The notes under the pieces: model-generated | Told to the model about the DNA's origin: nothing | The model's database searches: none | Seen by the model: only the letters and a program-made list of their open reading frames with translations | DNA from: an uncultured Gammaproteobacteria bacterium | GTDB lineage: Bacteria > Pseudomonadota > Gammaproteobacteria > Pseudomonadales > Pseudohongiellaceae | Reading direction: 5' to 3' | DNA: 64,000 nucleotides | Assembly: GCA_937898685.1 (NCBI GenBank) | Contig: CALEJT010000028.1 | Coordinates: 55-64,054, forward strand | In this document: piece after piece, positions 35,986-45,618 of the stretch | Layout of the letters: each line of letters starts with the position of its first letter | How positions within the stretch are numbered: the first letter of the stretch is position 1 | Translations under genes and position numbers: made by a program

Positions 35986-36927
35986 ATGGCCAAGCAGCCT
36001 CAGTACAGGCGTCAGACTCGCGCCGTCGACGGTATTCTGATCGTCGACAAACCTCTGGGGCAGAGCTCCAACCACTGTCTGCAAACGGTCAAACGCTGGT
36101 TGCAGGCGGAAAAGGCCGGGCACACCGGTGCACTCGACCCTCTCGCCACCGGTGTACTGCCACTGTGTTTCGGCGAAGCCACTAAACTCAGCCAATTGCT
36201 GCTCGATGCCGACAAGGGTTATCTCGCCACGATCCGTCTCGGCATCGAAACCACCACCTGCGATGCCGATGGCGAGGTGGTGAGCGAAGCGCCAATACCG
36301 GCTTTCGATGAAGCACGCATCGAAGAAGTATTGGCGCAGTTCAGAGGTGTGCAGATGCAGGCCGCACCGATTTATTCCGCGCTCAAGCAGGACGGCGTGC
36401 CGCAGTACAAGCTGGCGCGCGAAGGCCGCGCGGTGGAAGCGAAGGAGCGCGAGATCGTGATCCACGAACTCTCGCTGCAAGGCTGGGCTGCCACCGAACT
36501 CGTCGTGCGCGTGCGTTGCAGCAAGGGCACCTACATCCGCAGTCTGGCACGCGACATCGGCGCTGCCTTCGGCTGTGGCGCTCATCTCAGCGCCCTGCGC
36601 CGTGAACTGGCAGAACCGTTCACGCTCGAGCGCAGTCATACTCTCGACGAACTGAAGGCAATCTGGGAGGCCAAGGGGCCGGAAGGTCTCGATGCCTTGC
36701 TGTTGCCGATGGATTATGCAGTGCAGGATTGGCCGCCCTTGCGGCTCGAAGGTACCAAGGGCCTGCACTTCTGGCAGGGCCGTCCGTTGCGTTTGCCGCG
36801 GGAACATGGGCAGGCACCCGGACGGGTGCGCATCTACTGGGAAGAACGTTTCCTCGGCATTGGGGAACTCCTGCCCGATGGCACGGTCAGACCGCTGCGT
36901 CTGGTGAAATACGAGCCAATTAATTAA
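35986..36927 (+). CDS. truB: tRNA pseudouridine-55 synthase TruB
   Basis: 313 aa. GILIVDKPLGQSSN and the catalytic motif GHTGALDPLATGVLPL. Confidence 0.95.
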   Translation: MAKQPQYRRQTRAVDGILIVDKPLGQSSNHCLQTVKRWLQAEKAGHTGALDPLATGVLPLCFGEATKLSQLLLDADKGYLATIRLGIETTTCDADGEVVSEAPIPAFDEARIEEVLAQFRGVQMQAAPIYSALKQDGVPQYKLAREGRAVEAKEREIVIHELSLQGWAATELVVRVRCSKGTYIRSLARDIGAAFGCGAHLSALRRELAEPFTLERSHTLDELKAIWEAKGPEGLDALLLPMDYAVQDWPPLRLEGTKGLHFWQGRPLRLPREHGQAPGRVRIYWEERFLGIGELLPDGTVRPLRLVKYEPIN

Positions 36928-37013
36928 TTTAGGCGTTCCTGTGCCGGGCCGTAACGGACCTGTGGCCGGCGGAAAGTATTCCGATCAGCGTGAACGCAGC
37001 GCTAGGAAACGCT

Positions 37014-38288
37014 ATGGCCTTGCTCAAATCCTTGCTTCTGCTCTGCCTGATTGTGCTCGTGGCCGTGGGCGGTTTTCTGTTCATGGTCGTCGAACGCAGT
37101 CCCACCGTGCCTCCAGCTCCCGTGCTTTCGGTGGCCGATCTGCATGCGCTCGAAATTCTTTCCGCCGACAACGATCCCCGCTCACTCGAACCCGGTGAAT
37201 CCGCCACGCTGGCGCTGAGTGAAAACGACCTCGAACTCGCCCTCGGCTATGTCCTGGATCGCCTGCAGGTGGGTCAGGCCGATGTGGTGCTGGGTGATTC
37301 CACCGCTCTCGTCAGTGTGTCGGCGCGACTGCCCGTGAACTTCGCCGATCTCTATCTCAATCTCAAAGCCAAGGTGCAGAGTGGCAGCGATTTCCCCGTG
37401 GTCACCGGCCTGCAATTGGGAGGGGTGACGGTGCCTGATTGGTTGTCGGCGACCTTGCTCGACTCCGTTCGCGGCGTCGTCAGCCAACGTTACCCCGAAT
37501 ACGAGCGTCTGCAGGCCACGATCGAAGACATCAGTATCGACGAAGGCCGTCTGCGCGTGCGTTACCGCTGGGATCCCGAGCTGGTACGCGATCTCTCGCG
37601 TCGCGGTGGAGAACTGCTTCTATCCGGGCCACTGCAGGAATTGCTGGCCATCTATCGCTCGCGCTTGCGTGAGCTGACCAACGAACCCAACCTGCCGCGC
37701 CGCCTCTCCGCCACCGAGTTTCTGCGTCCGCTCTTCGTCTATGCCCACAACCGTGGTGGCGATCCCGTGGAAGAGAACAGGGCTTTGCTGCTTGCGCTCA
37801 GTCTCTATGTGCTGGATCTCGATCCAAGTGACTTCATCGGCTTGGAAGGCGAGCCTGCACTGCCGCGTCACGAACTGCAGTTCTATCGCCGCAACGACTT
37901 CGCCCGGCATTTCTTCACCTCGGTCGGTCTCACGTTGGGCACCGACGCGGGTCTTGCCGACAACATCGGAGTCCTGAAGGAATTGGAGGACGCCCGCGGT
38001 CCGGGCAGCGGTTTCAGCTTCACCGACATCGGCGCCGACCGCGTCGGCATCCGCTTTGCCGAGTTCGCGGTTTCCAACGATCACAACGCGCGGCTGTTGC
38101 AGCGGCGCATGGCGGAGGGAGAGGGGGAGGCCTTCTACTTTCCGGATTTCAGGGACCTGCCGGAATTCCTCAGCAAGGAGGAATTCGCCAAGCTTTACGG
38201 CAGCACCGGCAGCCTGCGCTTTCGGCGTGAAATCGAGGGAATCGATGCCCGCATAGACGCTTTGCCAGTGTTCAGTCCGGGGCCGTGA
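37014..38288 (+). CDS. Membrane-anchored protein of unknown function, inserted between truB and rpsO
   Basis: The ORF track gives 36990-38288 (432 aa, GTG start), and ATG 37014 yields MALLKSLLLLCLIVLVAVGGFLFMVV. One N-terminal TM helix, and no motif I recognise in the remaining roughly 400 aa. Codon bias matches the neighbouring genes. Confidence 0.75.
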   Translation: MALLKSLLLLCLIVLVAVGGFLFMVVERSPTVPPAPVLSVADLHALEILSADNDPRSLEPGESATLALSENDLELALGYVLDRLQVGQADVVLGDSTALVSVSARLPVNFADLYLNLKAKVQSGSDFPVVTGLQLGGVTVPDWLSATLLDSVRGVVSQRYPEYERLQATIEDISIDEGRLRVRYRWDPELVRDLSRRGGELLLSGPLQELLAIYRSRLRELTNEPNLPRRLSATEFLRPLFVYAHNRGGDPVEENRALLLALSLYVLDLDPSDFIGLEGEPALPRHELQFYRRNDFARHFFTSVGLTLGTDAGLADNIGVLKELEDARGPGSGFSFTDIGADRVGIRFAEFAVSNDHNARLLQRRMAEGEGEAFYFPDFRDLPEFLSKEEFAKLYGSTGSLRFRREIEGIDARIDALPVFSPGP

Positions 38289-38317
38289 GAGACCCCAAGC
38301 ATGGCGCCGCGGGGCTG

Positions 38318-38326
38318 TGATACAAT
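38318..38326 (+). promoter_or_regulatory. Extended -10 promoter element (TGaTACAAT) upstream of rpsO
   Basis: TG-n-TACAAT at 38318-38326, about 120 nt before the rpsO ATG. No good -35 is visible, which extended -10 promoters tolerate. Confidence 0.35.
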
Positions 38327-38447
38327 CGCCCACCCTTCGCCTGTACCGGGAGGGCAGGAAGACCCCAGATAACTATCAATATGCATGGTTACTCTGGTTT
38401 GAAATGGATGTCCTTCATTCAACTACGCATATTAAGAGGAACTCTCC

Positions 38448-38717
38448 ATGGCTCTGTCCGCAGAACAGAAAGCAGAAATCATTCGTGAATACGGCTTGGC
38501 AGAAGGTGACACCGGCTCACCGGAAGTGCAGGTGGCGTTGCTGACCGGCAACATCAACCAGCTGCAGGAGCACTTCAAAGTTCACACTCATGACCATCAC
38601 TCCCGCCGGGGCCTCATCCGGATGGTCAACACCCGCCGCAAACTCCTCGACTATCTCAAACGCAAGGATCTGAACCGCTACAACGCGCTGATCCAGCGTC
38701 TGGGCCTGCGTCGCTGA
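38448..38717 (+). CDS. rpsO: 30S ribosomal protein S15
   Basis: 89 aa. [37 protein letters not shown]. Confidence 0.98.
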   Translation: MALSAEQKAEIIREYGLAEGDTGSPEVQVALLTGNINQLQEHFKVHTHDHHSRRGLIRMVNTRRKLLDYLKRKDLNRYNALIQRLGLRR

Positions 38718-38731
38718 CGTTTGCTCTCAGA

Positions 38732-38760
38732 GGGTGGTGGGATTGGCCCGCCACCCCTTT
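38732..38760 (+). terminator. rpsO terminator/attenuator hairpin ahead of pnp
   Basis: GGGTGGTGGG-attgg-CCCGCCACCC (10 bp, one G-U pair) followed by CTTTAATT. The arrangement matches the E. coli rpsO-pnp intergenic hairpin. Confidence 0.7.
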
Positions 38761-38779
38761 AATTGGTAAGAGAAGATAA

Positions 38780-40891
38780 ATGTTTAATCCCATCAGGAAG
38801 GAATTCAAATTCGGCGCGGACACGGTCATTCTGGAAACGGGCAAGATCGCCCGCCAGGCGACTGGCGCCGTGGTAGTGACGATCGGCAGCACCGTCGTAC
38901 TGTGCACCGTAGTCGGTAAGAAAACGCCCAACCCCGGCCAGGACTTTTTCCCGCTGACCGTCGACTATCAGGAAAAGACTTACGCCGCAGGCAAAATTCC
39001 TGGCGGATTTTTCAAGCGCGAAGGTCGCCCAACAGAAAAAGAAACGCTGACCTCCCGCCTCATCGACCGTCCTCTCCGCCCGCTGTTCCCCAAAGGTTTT
39101 CTCAACGAAGTACAGGTCATCTGTACCGTAGTTTCTTCCGACAAAGACACTGATCCGGATATCGCCGCCATGATCGGCGCCTCCGCCGCGCTGGCCATCT
39201 CCGGCATTCCGTTCAACGGCCCGATCGGCGCCGCCCGCGTCGGTTACAACGACACCGATGGCTACATCCTGAACCCCGGTTACAAGCAGCTCGAGAAATC
39301 GCTGCTCGACATGGTGGTGGCCGGTACCGATGCCGCCGTACTGATGGTGGAATCCGAAGCGAAGGAACTGAGCGAAGACCTGATGCTGGGCGCCGTACTG
39401 TTCGCGCACCAGGAAATGCAGGTGGTCATCCAGGCCATCAAGGAATTCAAGGAACTGGCCGGCAAGCCCGCTTGGGATTGGACGCCGCCGCCGAAGAACG
39501 AAGCGCTGATCGAAGCCGTGAGCGCCGCCTTCAGCGCCGAGATCACCGCCGCCTATCAGATTTCCAGCAAGACCGAACGTCACGATCGTTTGACCGCGCT
39601 GCAGCAGCAGGCCATCGAACAGTTCGCCAACGAAACGGCCGAGCCGCCGGTCACCGCTGCGGAAGTACAGAGCGTATTCGCTTCGCTCGAGAAGAAGATC
39701 GTGCGCAGCCGCATCATCGCCGGCTATCCGCGTATCGACGGTCGCAACAACCACACGGTGCGCCCCATCCACGTCGAAGTCGGCGTACTGAGCAAGACGC
39801 ACGGCAGCGCGCTCTTCACCCGTGGTGAAACGCAGGCGCTGGTCGTTGCCACGCTCGGCGCGATCCGCGATGCACAGATCATCGAAGATCTGTCCGGCGT
39901 GAAGAAAGACGGCTTCATGCTGCACTACAACTTCCCGCCCTTCAGCGTCGGTGAAACCGGTCGCATGGCAGGTCCGAAGCGTCGTGAAGTCGGCCACGGC
40001 CGTCTCGCGCGTCGCGGCGTTGCCGCCGTACTGCCGAGCGAAGAATCCTTCCCGTATGCGATTCGCGTCGTATCGGAAATCACCGAGTCGAACGGCTCCA
40101 GCTCCATGGCCTCCGTGTGCGGCACCTCGCTGGCACTGATGGATGCCGGTGTGCCGATCAAGGCGCCAGTGGCTGGTATCGCGATGGGTCTGATCAAGGA
40201 AGAGCACGGCTTTGCCGTACTCACCGACATCCTGGGTGACGAAGACCACCTGGGCGACATGGACTTCAAAGTGGCCGGTTCTGCCAATGGCGTCACCGCG
40301 CTGCAGATGGACATCAAGATCCAGGGCATCACCGAAGAGATCATGGAAACCGCGCTGGAAGAAGCCTACAAAGCGCGCATCCACATCCTCAATGAGATGA
40401 ACAAGGTCATCTCCGCGCCGCGTCCGAACATCTCGCCGAATGCACCGAGCATGGCCGTGATCAAGATCCACACCGACAAGATCCGCGACGTCATCGGTAA
40501 GGGCGGCGTCACCATCCGCGGCATCACCGAAGAAACCGGTGCTTCCGTGGACATCGACGACGACGGCAATGTCCGCATCTACGGTGAGAACGCCGCTTCG
40601 CGCGACCGTGCTCTCGAGATGATCCAGGCCATCACCGCCGAAGCCGAAATTGGCCGCACCTACAAGGGCAAGGTCTCGAAGATCGTCGACTTCGGCGCCT
40701 TCGTCACCATCCTGCCTGGCAAGGACGGTCTGGTGCACATCTCGCAGATCTCGAGCGAGCGTGTGGAGAAAGTCTCCGACTACCTCAGCGAAGGCCAGGA
40801 AATCTTCGTCAAGGTCCTCAAGATCGACGATCGCGGCAAGATCAGCCTCAGCATGAAGGAAGTGACGGAAGAGGATAAGGCGCTCGCCTAA
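38780..40891 (+). CDS. pnp: Polyribonucleotide nucleotidyltransferase (PNPase)
   Basis: 703 aa. Two RNase PH domains, [18 protein letters not shown], and C-terminal KH and S1 domains. Confidence 0.98.
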   Translation: MFNPIRKEFKFGADTVILETGKIARQATGAVVVTIGSTVVLCTVVGKKTPNPGQDFFPLTVDYQEKTYAAGKIPGGFFKREGRPTEKETLTSRLIDRPLRPLFPKGFLNEVQVICTVVSSDKDTDPDIAAMIGASAALAISGIPFNGPIGAARVGYNDTDGYILNPGYKQLEKSLLDMVVAGTDAAVLMVESEAKELSEDLMLGAVLFAHQEMQVVIQAIKEFKELAGKPAWDWTPPPKNEALIEAVSAAFSAEITAAYQISSKTERHDRLTALQQQAIEQFANETAEPPVTAAEVQSVFASLEKKIVRSRIIAGYPRIDGRNNHTVRPIHVEVGVLSKTHGSALFTRGETQALVVATLGAIRDAQIIEDLSGVKKDGFMLHYNFPPFSVGETGRMAGPKRREVGHGRLARRGVAAVLPSEESFPYAIRVVSEITESNGSSSMASVCGTSLALMDAGVPIKAPVAGIAMGLIKEEHGFAVLTDILGDEDHLGDMDFKVAGSANGVTALQMDIKIQGITEEIMETALEEAYKARIHILNEMNKVISAPRPNISPNAPSMAVIKIHTDKIRDVIGKGGVTIRGITEETGASVDIDDDGNVRIYGENAASRDRALEMIQAITAEAEIGRTYKGKVSKIVDFGAFVTILPGKDGLVHISQISSERVEKVSDYLSEGQEIFVKVLKIDDRGKISLSMKEVTEEDKALA

Positions 40892-40925
40892 GCCTCACCG
40901 CTCCGCTGAGCGGATCCACTCCAGG

Positions 40926-40951
40926 AAAGGGCAGCTTCGGCTGCCTTTTTT
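40926..40951 (+). terminator. Rho-independent terminator after pnp
   Basis: AAAGGGCAGC-ttcg-GCTGCCTTTTTT, 35 nt after the pnp stop. Confidence 0.85.
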
Positions 40952-40975
40952 CTTTCTGCATTTTTGAATTTCCCT

Positions 40976-41023
40976 CCCGCTTACCCGCTTACCCGCTTAC
41001 CCGCTTACCCGCTTACCCGCTTC
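40976..41023. repeat. 8-bp tandem repeat (CCCGCTTA x5 perfect, plus one imperfect copy)
   Basis: Read directly: CCCGCTTA at 40976, 40984, 40992, 41000 and 41008, then CCCGCTTC at 41016. It is intergenic, between the pnp terminator and the TonB-receptor promoter. Confidence 0.95.
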
Positions 41024-41120
41024 ACCCATTGCCCTGCGCAGAAGTCGGCGCCGTTCTGCTGCCCACCGAACAGTTTGCGTAAAAAACCTCAAAGGCTGTT
41101 GCGTTCTCTCAAATGATAAA

Positions 41121-41139
41121 GATAATGCGAATCGTTCTC
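41121..41139 (+). promoter_or_regulatory. Fur box overlapping a candidate promoter of the TonB-dependent receptor
   Basis: GATAATGCGAATCGTTCTC matches the consensus GATAATGATAATCATTATC at 15/19 positions. GATAAT (41121-41126) can serve as the -10, with TTGCGT (41099-41104) 16 nt upstream as the -35. Confidence 0.65.
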
Positions 41140-41221
41140 ATATACAGATATGCCGGCTCCGGTGCTCCAAAGTGCATCCGCGGGCTTGGTCGATGATTCG
41201 TTTACAACAACAGGGAGATAA

Positions 41222-43678
41222 GTGAGCTCTATGAACCCACAGGCAGATAAACGCAGTAGTTCCACCTCCACCTCCATCCGCAGCAGCAAGCATGCCATCG
41301 TCGTGAATAAATCCCTGCTCGCGTTGGCGCTGATGGCGGTGCCCTTTGCCACGTACTCACAGGACACCCAGGCCCAGCCGGAGCGCCGTGATGATGGCGC
41401 AACGGCACAGCAGCAGGACCGGCAGGGGGGGCGACGTGCGCAGAATCGGCGCGAAGAGCCGGAGGTGATCGACGTGCTGGGCCGCAATCGTCAGCTCAAG
41501 ATCGACAACTCCGCCAATACCAAGTTCACCCGTCCGCTGCTCGATACGCCACAGACCGTGCAAGTGATCAGTCAGGACATGCTGCGCGAGCAAGGCTCCT
41601 ATTCACTGATGGACGCCCTGCGCAATACACCCGGCATCACCATGCAGCTCGGCGAAAACGGCAATACTTCCGCGGGTGACACCTTCCAGATGCGCGGCTT
41701 TGCTGCCAACACCTCGACTTTCGTGGATGGCATCCGCGACCTCGGTGCCATCAGTCGCGATTCTTTCAACCTCGAGCAGGTGGAAATTGCGAAGGGACCA
41801 TCGGGTGCCGACGTCGGCCGCGGTGCTGCCTCCGGCTATGTCAATCTCATCACCAAGCAACCGGCGCGTGATCTCAACTCGGTGCTCACTGCAGGCTATG
41901 GCTTGAAGGACACCAAGCGTCTTACCGTCGACACCGGTGTGAACATCGGTGAAACCGGCGCCGCGCGTTTCAACGTCCTTCTGTCCGAAGGTGGAGTACC
42001 CAAGCGCGATGAAGTGAACAACCAGAACTTTTCCTTCGCTCCTTCCATCGCCTTTGGTCTTGGCACCGACACGCGCGTCCATCTCTTCTCGCAACACGTC
42101 CGTCAGGACAATGTCCCCGACGGCGGGATCCCCGCGCTCGGTCGCGGCGGTTACCGGGTATTGCCCTATTACACGACCAACGGCGTGATCACGGAAAACG
42201 CCGCCACTCATGCACTCGCCGCTGCGATCAACAAGGCGCCGAAAGTGGATCGCAGCAACTTCTACGGTTACACGGGCGACCACGAAGACGTGAAGTCGGA
42301 CATGGTGACGATCAAGATCGAACACGATCTCGGCCCCAACACCGTGATCCGCAATATTTCACGTGTGGGTCGTACCGACATGGATCGTGTGTTGAGTGGC
42401 GCCAACTCGCCAGTGGTGAATGCCAATACGACGACTCCCGGCAATGCGCTCTATCTGGATCCCGGCGACCTTTCTTCCTGGGTGTTCACTCCGAGTCGTC
42501 AGGGCGTCGATCGCGTCGACGAAATCCTCACCAACCAGAGCAGCTTCAACAGCACCTTCAACACCGGTGCCATCGAACACTCGCTCGCCGGTGGAGTGGA
42601 ATTCATCTATGAACGCCAGAAGTCGCTGAACTTCACGACGAACGCAATAACACTCAACGGCATCGATTACCCTGCAGTGGCGAACCCACCGGCCAACATC
42701 TACGCGCCGAACCCCGAACTGTTCCGTGGTGAACCCAATTTGAATGGTGTTTCCACCGACGGTGATACCCGCACCACGGCTCTCTATCTCTTCGACAGCA
42801 TCGCACTGAATCCACGGTGGTTGCTTAACGCGGGTGTGCGCTACGAAACCTATGAAACCGAAACCGACGGTACCTCGGTGGTCGATGGCATCATCACCAC
42901 CAACGCACCTCTGCATGTCGATGATGAGCTGTTGAGCTGGAAAGTCGGCGCCGTGTACAAACCGGTGACCAATGGCAGCATCTACGTGTCCTATGGCACT
43001 TCGCAGACTCCGCCCGGCAGCGCCAACTTCGCACTCTCTTCTGCGGTCGGCAATCAGAACAATGGTGAACTCGATCCGCAGGAAACCGACAACGTCGAAC
43101 TCGGCACCAAGTGGGAGCTGCTCGATGATCGTCTGAGTTTGACTGCTGCCTTGTTCCGCACGGAAAACAGCAAGCAGGCTTCTTACGACGATCTCGGCAA
43201 CCCGGTGCAGATGGGGCGCACCAAGGTCGAAGGCATCGAGCTCGCCGCAGTTGGACAAATCACGAACTTCTGGCAGATCTCGGCCGGCATCACACACATG
43301 GATGTCGAAGTCGAAGATCAACGTAACTCCAACGGCGTGGAAACGGTTGGCGTGCGCTGGACGCCGGATCTGTCTGCCACCTTCTGGACTTCCTACACCC
43401 TGGGCGACCTCACCATCGGCGGTGGTGCACGCTACTTCAGTGAACAGGAACGCAACGTCACGGTGAGCGCCACGCCGAGCAATGGTATTTCGTCCATCCC
43501 TTCCTACTGGGTGGTCGATGCCATGGTGGCCTATCGTCTCAACGACCAGGTCAACCTGCGCGTGAATCTGTACAACCTGACGGACGAGGAATACATCGAA
43601 ACGTTGAACAACGGCGGCAACCGTTTCCGTCTCGGCCAGCCGCGTTCGGTGTGGGTCTCGGGCGAGTATCGTTTCTGA
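41222..43678 (+). CDS. TonB-dependent siderophore receptor (Fiu/PiuA-like catecholate type)
   Basis: 818 aa with a signal peptide. Plug-domain motifs (DTPQTVQVISQDMLREQG, IAKGPSGADVGRGAASG), a long beta-barrel and the terminal YRF. GGGAG lies 4 nt before GTG 41222. An alternative ATG lies at 41231. Confidence 0.92.
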   Translation: MSSMNPQADKRSSSTSTSIRSSKHAIVVNKSLLALALMAVPFATYSQDTQAQPERRDDGATAQQQDRQGGRRAQNRREEPEVIDVLGRNRQLKIDNSANTKFTRPLLDTPQTVQVISQDMLREQGSYSLMDALRNTPGITMQLGENGNTSAGDTFQMRGFAANTSTFVDGIRDLGAISRDSFNLEQVEIAKGPSGADVGRGAASGYVNLITKQPARDLNSVLTAGYGLKDTKRLTVDTGVNIGETGAARFNVLLSEGGVPKRDEVNNQNFSFAPSIAFGLGTDTRVHLFSQHVRQDNVPDGGIPALGRGGYRVLPYYTTNGVITENAATHALAAAINKAPKVDRSNFYGYTGDHEDVKSDMVTIKIEHDLGPNTVIRNISRVGRTDMDRVLSGANSPVVNANTTTPGNALYLDPGDLSSWVFTPSRQGVDRVDEILTNQSSFNSTFNTGAIEHSLAGGVEFIYERQKSLNFTTNAITLNGIDYPAVANPPANIYAPNPELFRGEPNLNGVSTDGDTRTTALYLFDSIALNPRWLLNAGVRYETYETETDGTSVVDGIITTNAPLHVDDELLSWKVGAVYKPVTNGSIYVSYGTSQTPPGSANFALSSAVGNQNNGELDPQETDNVELGTKWELLDDRLSLTAALFRTENSKQASYDDLGNPVQMGRTKVEGIELAAVGQITNFWQISAGITHMDVEVEDQRNSNGVETVGVRWTPDLSATFWTSYTLGDLTIGGGARYFSEQERNVTVSATPSNGISSIPSYWVVDAMVAYRLNDQVNLRVNLYNLTDEEYIETLNNGGNRFRLGQPRSVWVSGEYRF

Positions 43679-43768
43679 TCTTCAACAAGCCGTTGCAACC
43701 AGCGCGCGGGGCCCACTTGTCAGCGGGCTCCGCCTTTTGTGATCATCGCGCAAAACTCGGTGTTCCCC

Positions 43769-44461
43769 ATGATGTTGCATGTTCCTGAGGTTCTGGTCGG
43801 CTCGGCTCTCGGCGAAATGCGCGATGCGCTGCATGCGAGCTTGCAGAGCGCCGAATGGACGCAAGGCGTCGCCACTTCAGGGCTGCAAGCCACGCAGCGC
43901 AAACAGAATCGACAACTGACGGCCAGCTCCGCCGTGGGCGAACGCTTGGGACAGTTGGTGAGCGCTGCACTCGAACAGCATCCGCTCTTCGTTTCCGCTG
44001 CTTTGCCCAAGCATGTGCTACCGCCGCTCTTCAACTGCTATGAGGGTGGCGGGCACTACGGTAATCACGTCGACAATGCGATTCAGCGTGATCCACAACA
44101 ACGGGTGCGGACACGCACCGATGTGTCTGTCACCGTATTTCTGAGTGAGCCGGAAGAATATGAAGGTGGCGAACTTCTCATCGAAGACACCTACGGCACA
44201 CATGCGGTGAAGCTACCGGCAGGTGATGCGATTCTCTATCCCGCGACCAGCTTGCATCGCGTCGAGCCCGTTACTGCAGGACGCCGGCTGGCGGCGGTGA
44301 CCTGGGTGCAGAGCATGGTGCGCGACGACTGGCAGCGTTCGATGTTGTTCAATCTCGACATGACCATTCTGCGTTTGCGCCAGCAGCTCGGTGATGGTGA
44401 GGACATCGTGGCGCTCACCAGTCACTATCACAACCTGCTACGCCGGTGGGCGGACCTTTGA
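43769..44461 (+). CDS. Fe(II)/2-oxoglutarate-dependent PKHD-type hydroxylase (PiuC/YbiX family)
   Basis: MMLHVPEVL aligns with E. coli YbiX MMYHIPGVL. HVD and LHRVEPV supply the 2-His-1-carboxylate residues, and the C-terminus YHNLLRRWADL fits. The ORF track starts at GTG 43739. Confidence 0.9.
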   Translation: MMLHVPEVLVGSALGEMRDALHASLQSAEWTQGVATSGLQATQRKQNRQLTASSAVGERLGQLVSAALEQHPLFVSAALPKHVLPPLFNCYEGGGHYGNHVDNAIQRDPQQRVRTRTDVSVTVFLSEPEEYEGGELLIEDTYGTHAVKLPAGDAILYPATSLHRVEPVTAGRRLAAVTWVQSMVRDDWQRSMLFNLDMTILRLRQQLGDGEDIVALTSHYHNLLRRWADL

Positions 44462-45573
44462 GCGAGCAAAGTGTGCCAGACGTTCCAGTACTGAGCTCCA
44501 TTCCCCGCGACATCGCTGCCGTCAGCGATTACGAGCGATATGCGCGCGAACGGCTCGATGACAATGCCTGGGTGTTCTTGGCCTCTGGTGCCGCTGATGA
44601 AATCACGCTGCGTGAAAATCGTGCGGCCTTCGATCGTTTGCAGCTACGCAGCCGCGTTCTGAGCAAGATGAGGGGCGCTCATACACGCCTCGAATTGTTG
44701 GATCAGAAACTCACGCATCCCATATTGCTTGGTCCCATTGCCTACCAACGCTTGTTTCACACTGATGGCGAAGTGGCTACGGTACTGGCAGCACGCGCGA
44801 TGGGAGCACCAATGGTGGTGAGCTCGCTCGCCACGGTGCGCCTCGAACAACTGGCGACGAGCGGAGCCAATCTGTGGTTTCAGTTGTATCTGCAGGCGCG
44901 CCGCGAAGACACGCTCACGCTCGTACGTCGTGCCGAAGACAGTGGCTGCAAGGCCTTGGTCGTCACCGTCGATGCCCCGCTCGTCGGCATTCGCAATCAG
45001 CAACAGCGGGTGGGCTTCCATTTGCCACCTGGCATCGCGGCGGTGAATCTCGAAGGCTTGCCACCACCTCCGATGCCACAACTCTCACCGGATTCGAGTG
45101 TGGTATTCGATGGCCTGCTGGCGCACGCACCGACCTGGGAGGACATCGCCTGGCTCTGTGAGTCGACCGAGTTGCCGGTGATCCTCAAGGGCATCCTGGA
45201 TCCCGAAGATGCCCTGCTCGCGCTTCAGCACGGCGCGCAGGGAATCATCGTGTCCAATCATGGTGGCCGTGTACTCGATACCTTGCCTGCCAGCATCGAC
45301 GCCTTGCCTGCCATCGCACAAGCCGTAGCCAAGAGTGTGCCGATCCTGCTCGACGGCGGCATACGTCGCGGCAGTGACATCTTCAAGGCACTGGCTTTGG
45401 GCGCGGATGCGGTGCTGATCGGGCGCGCCTACGTCTATGCGCTAGCCGCAGCCGGTGCCTTGGGCGTGGCACACGTCATTCGTACGTTGAGAGAAGAGCT
45501 GGAAGTGTGCATGGCGCTCACCGGCTGCGCCACGCTCGATAAGATCGATTCGAACAGGTTGTTCAATAACTGA
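44446..45573 (+). CDS. FMN-dependent alpha-hydroxy-acid oxidase/dehydrogenase (LldD/glycolate oxidase family)
   Basis: 375 aa. DYERYARERLDDNAWVFLASGAADEITLRENRAAF, IIVSNHGGRVLD and LLDGGIRRGSDIFKALALGADAVLIGR. The start is uncertain: GTG 44446, TTG 44458 or GTG 44473. Confidence 0.88.
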   Translation: MGGPLSEQSVPDVPVLSSIPRDIAAVSDYERYARERLDDNAWVFLASGAADEITLRENRAAFDRLQLRSRVLSKMRGAHTRLELLDQKLTHPILLGPIAYQRLFHTDGEVATVLAARAMGAPMVVSSLATVRLEQLATSGANLWFQLYLQARREDTLTLVRRAEDSGCKALVVTVDAPLVGIRNQQQRVGFHLPPGIAAVNLEGLPPPPMPQLSPDSSVVFDGLLAHAPTWEDIAWLCESTELPVILKGILDPEDALLALQHGAQGIIVSNHGGRVLDTLPASIDALPAIAQAVAKSVPILLDGGIRRGSDIFKALALGADAVLIGRAYVYALAAAGALGVAHVIRTLREELEVCMALTGCATLDKIDSNRLFNN

Positions 45574-45618
45574 GCCGCTACCGCAATGCATGGGCATCGC
45601 AGTAGCTCATCAGGTAGT

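Noticed and set aside
40976-41023. Whether the repeat array is a CRISPR
   Set aside because: The units are 8 bp, directly abutting, with no spacers. No cas genes are present in the window.
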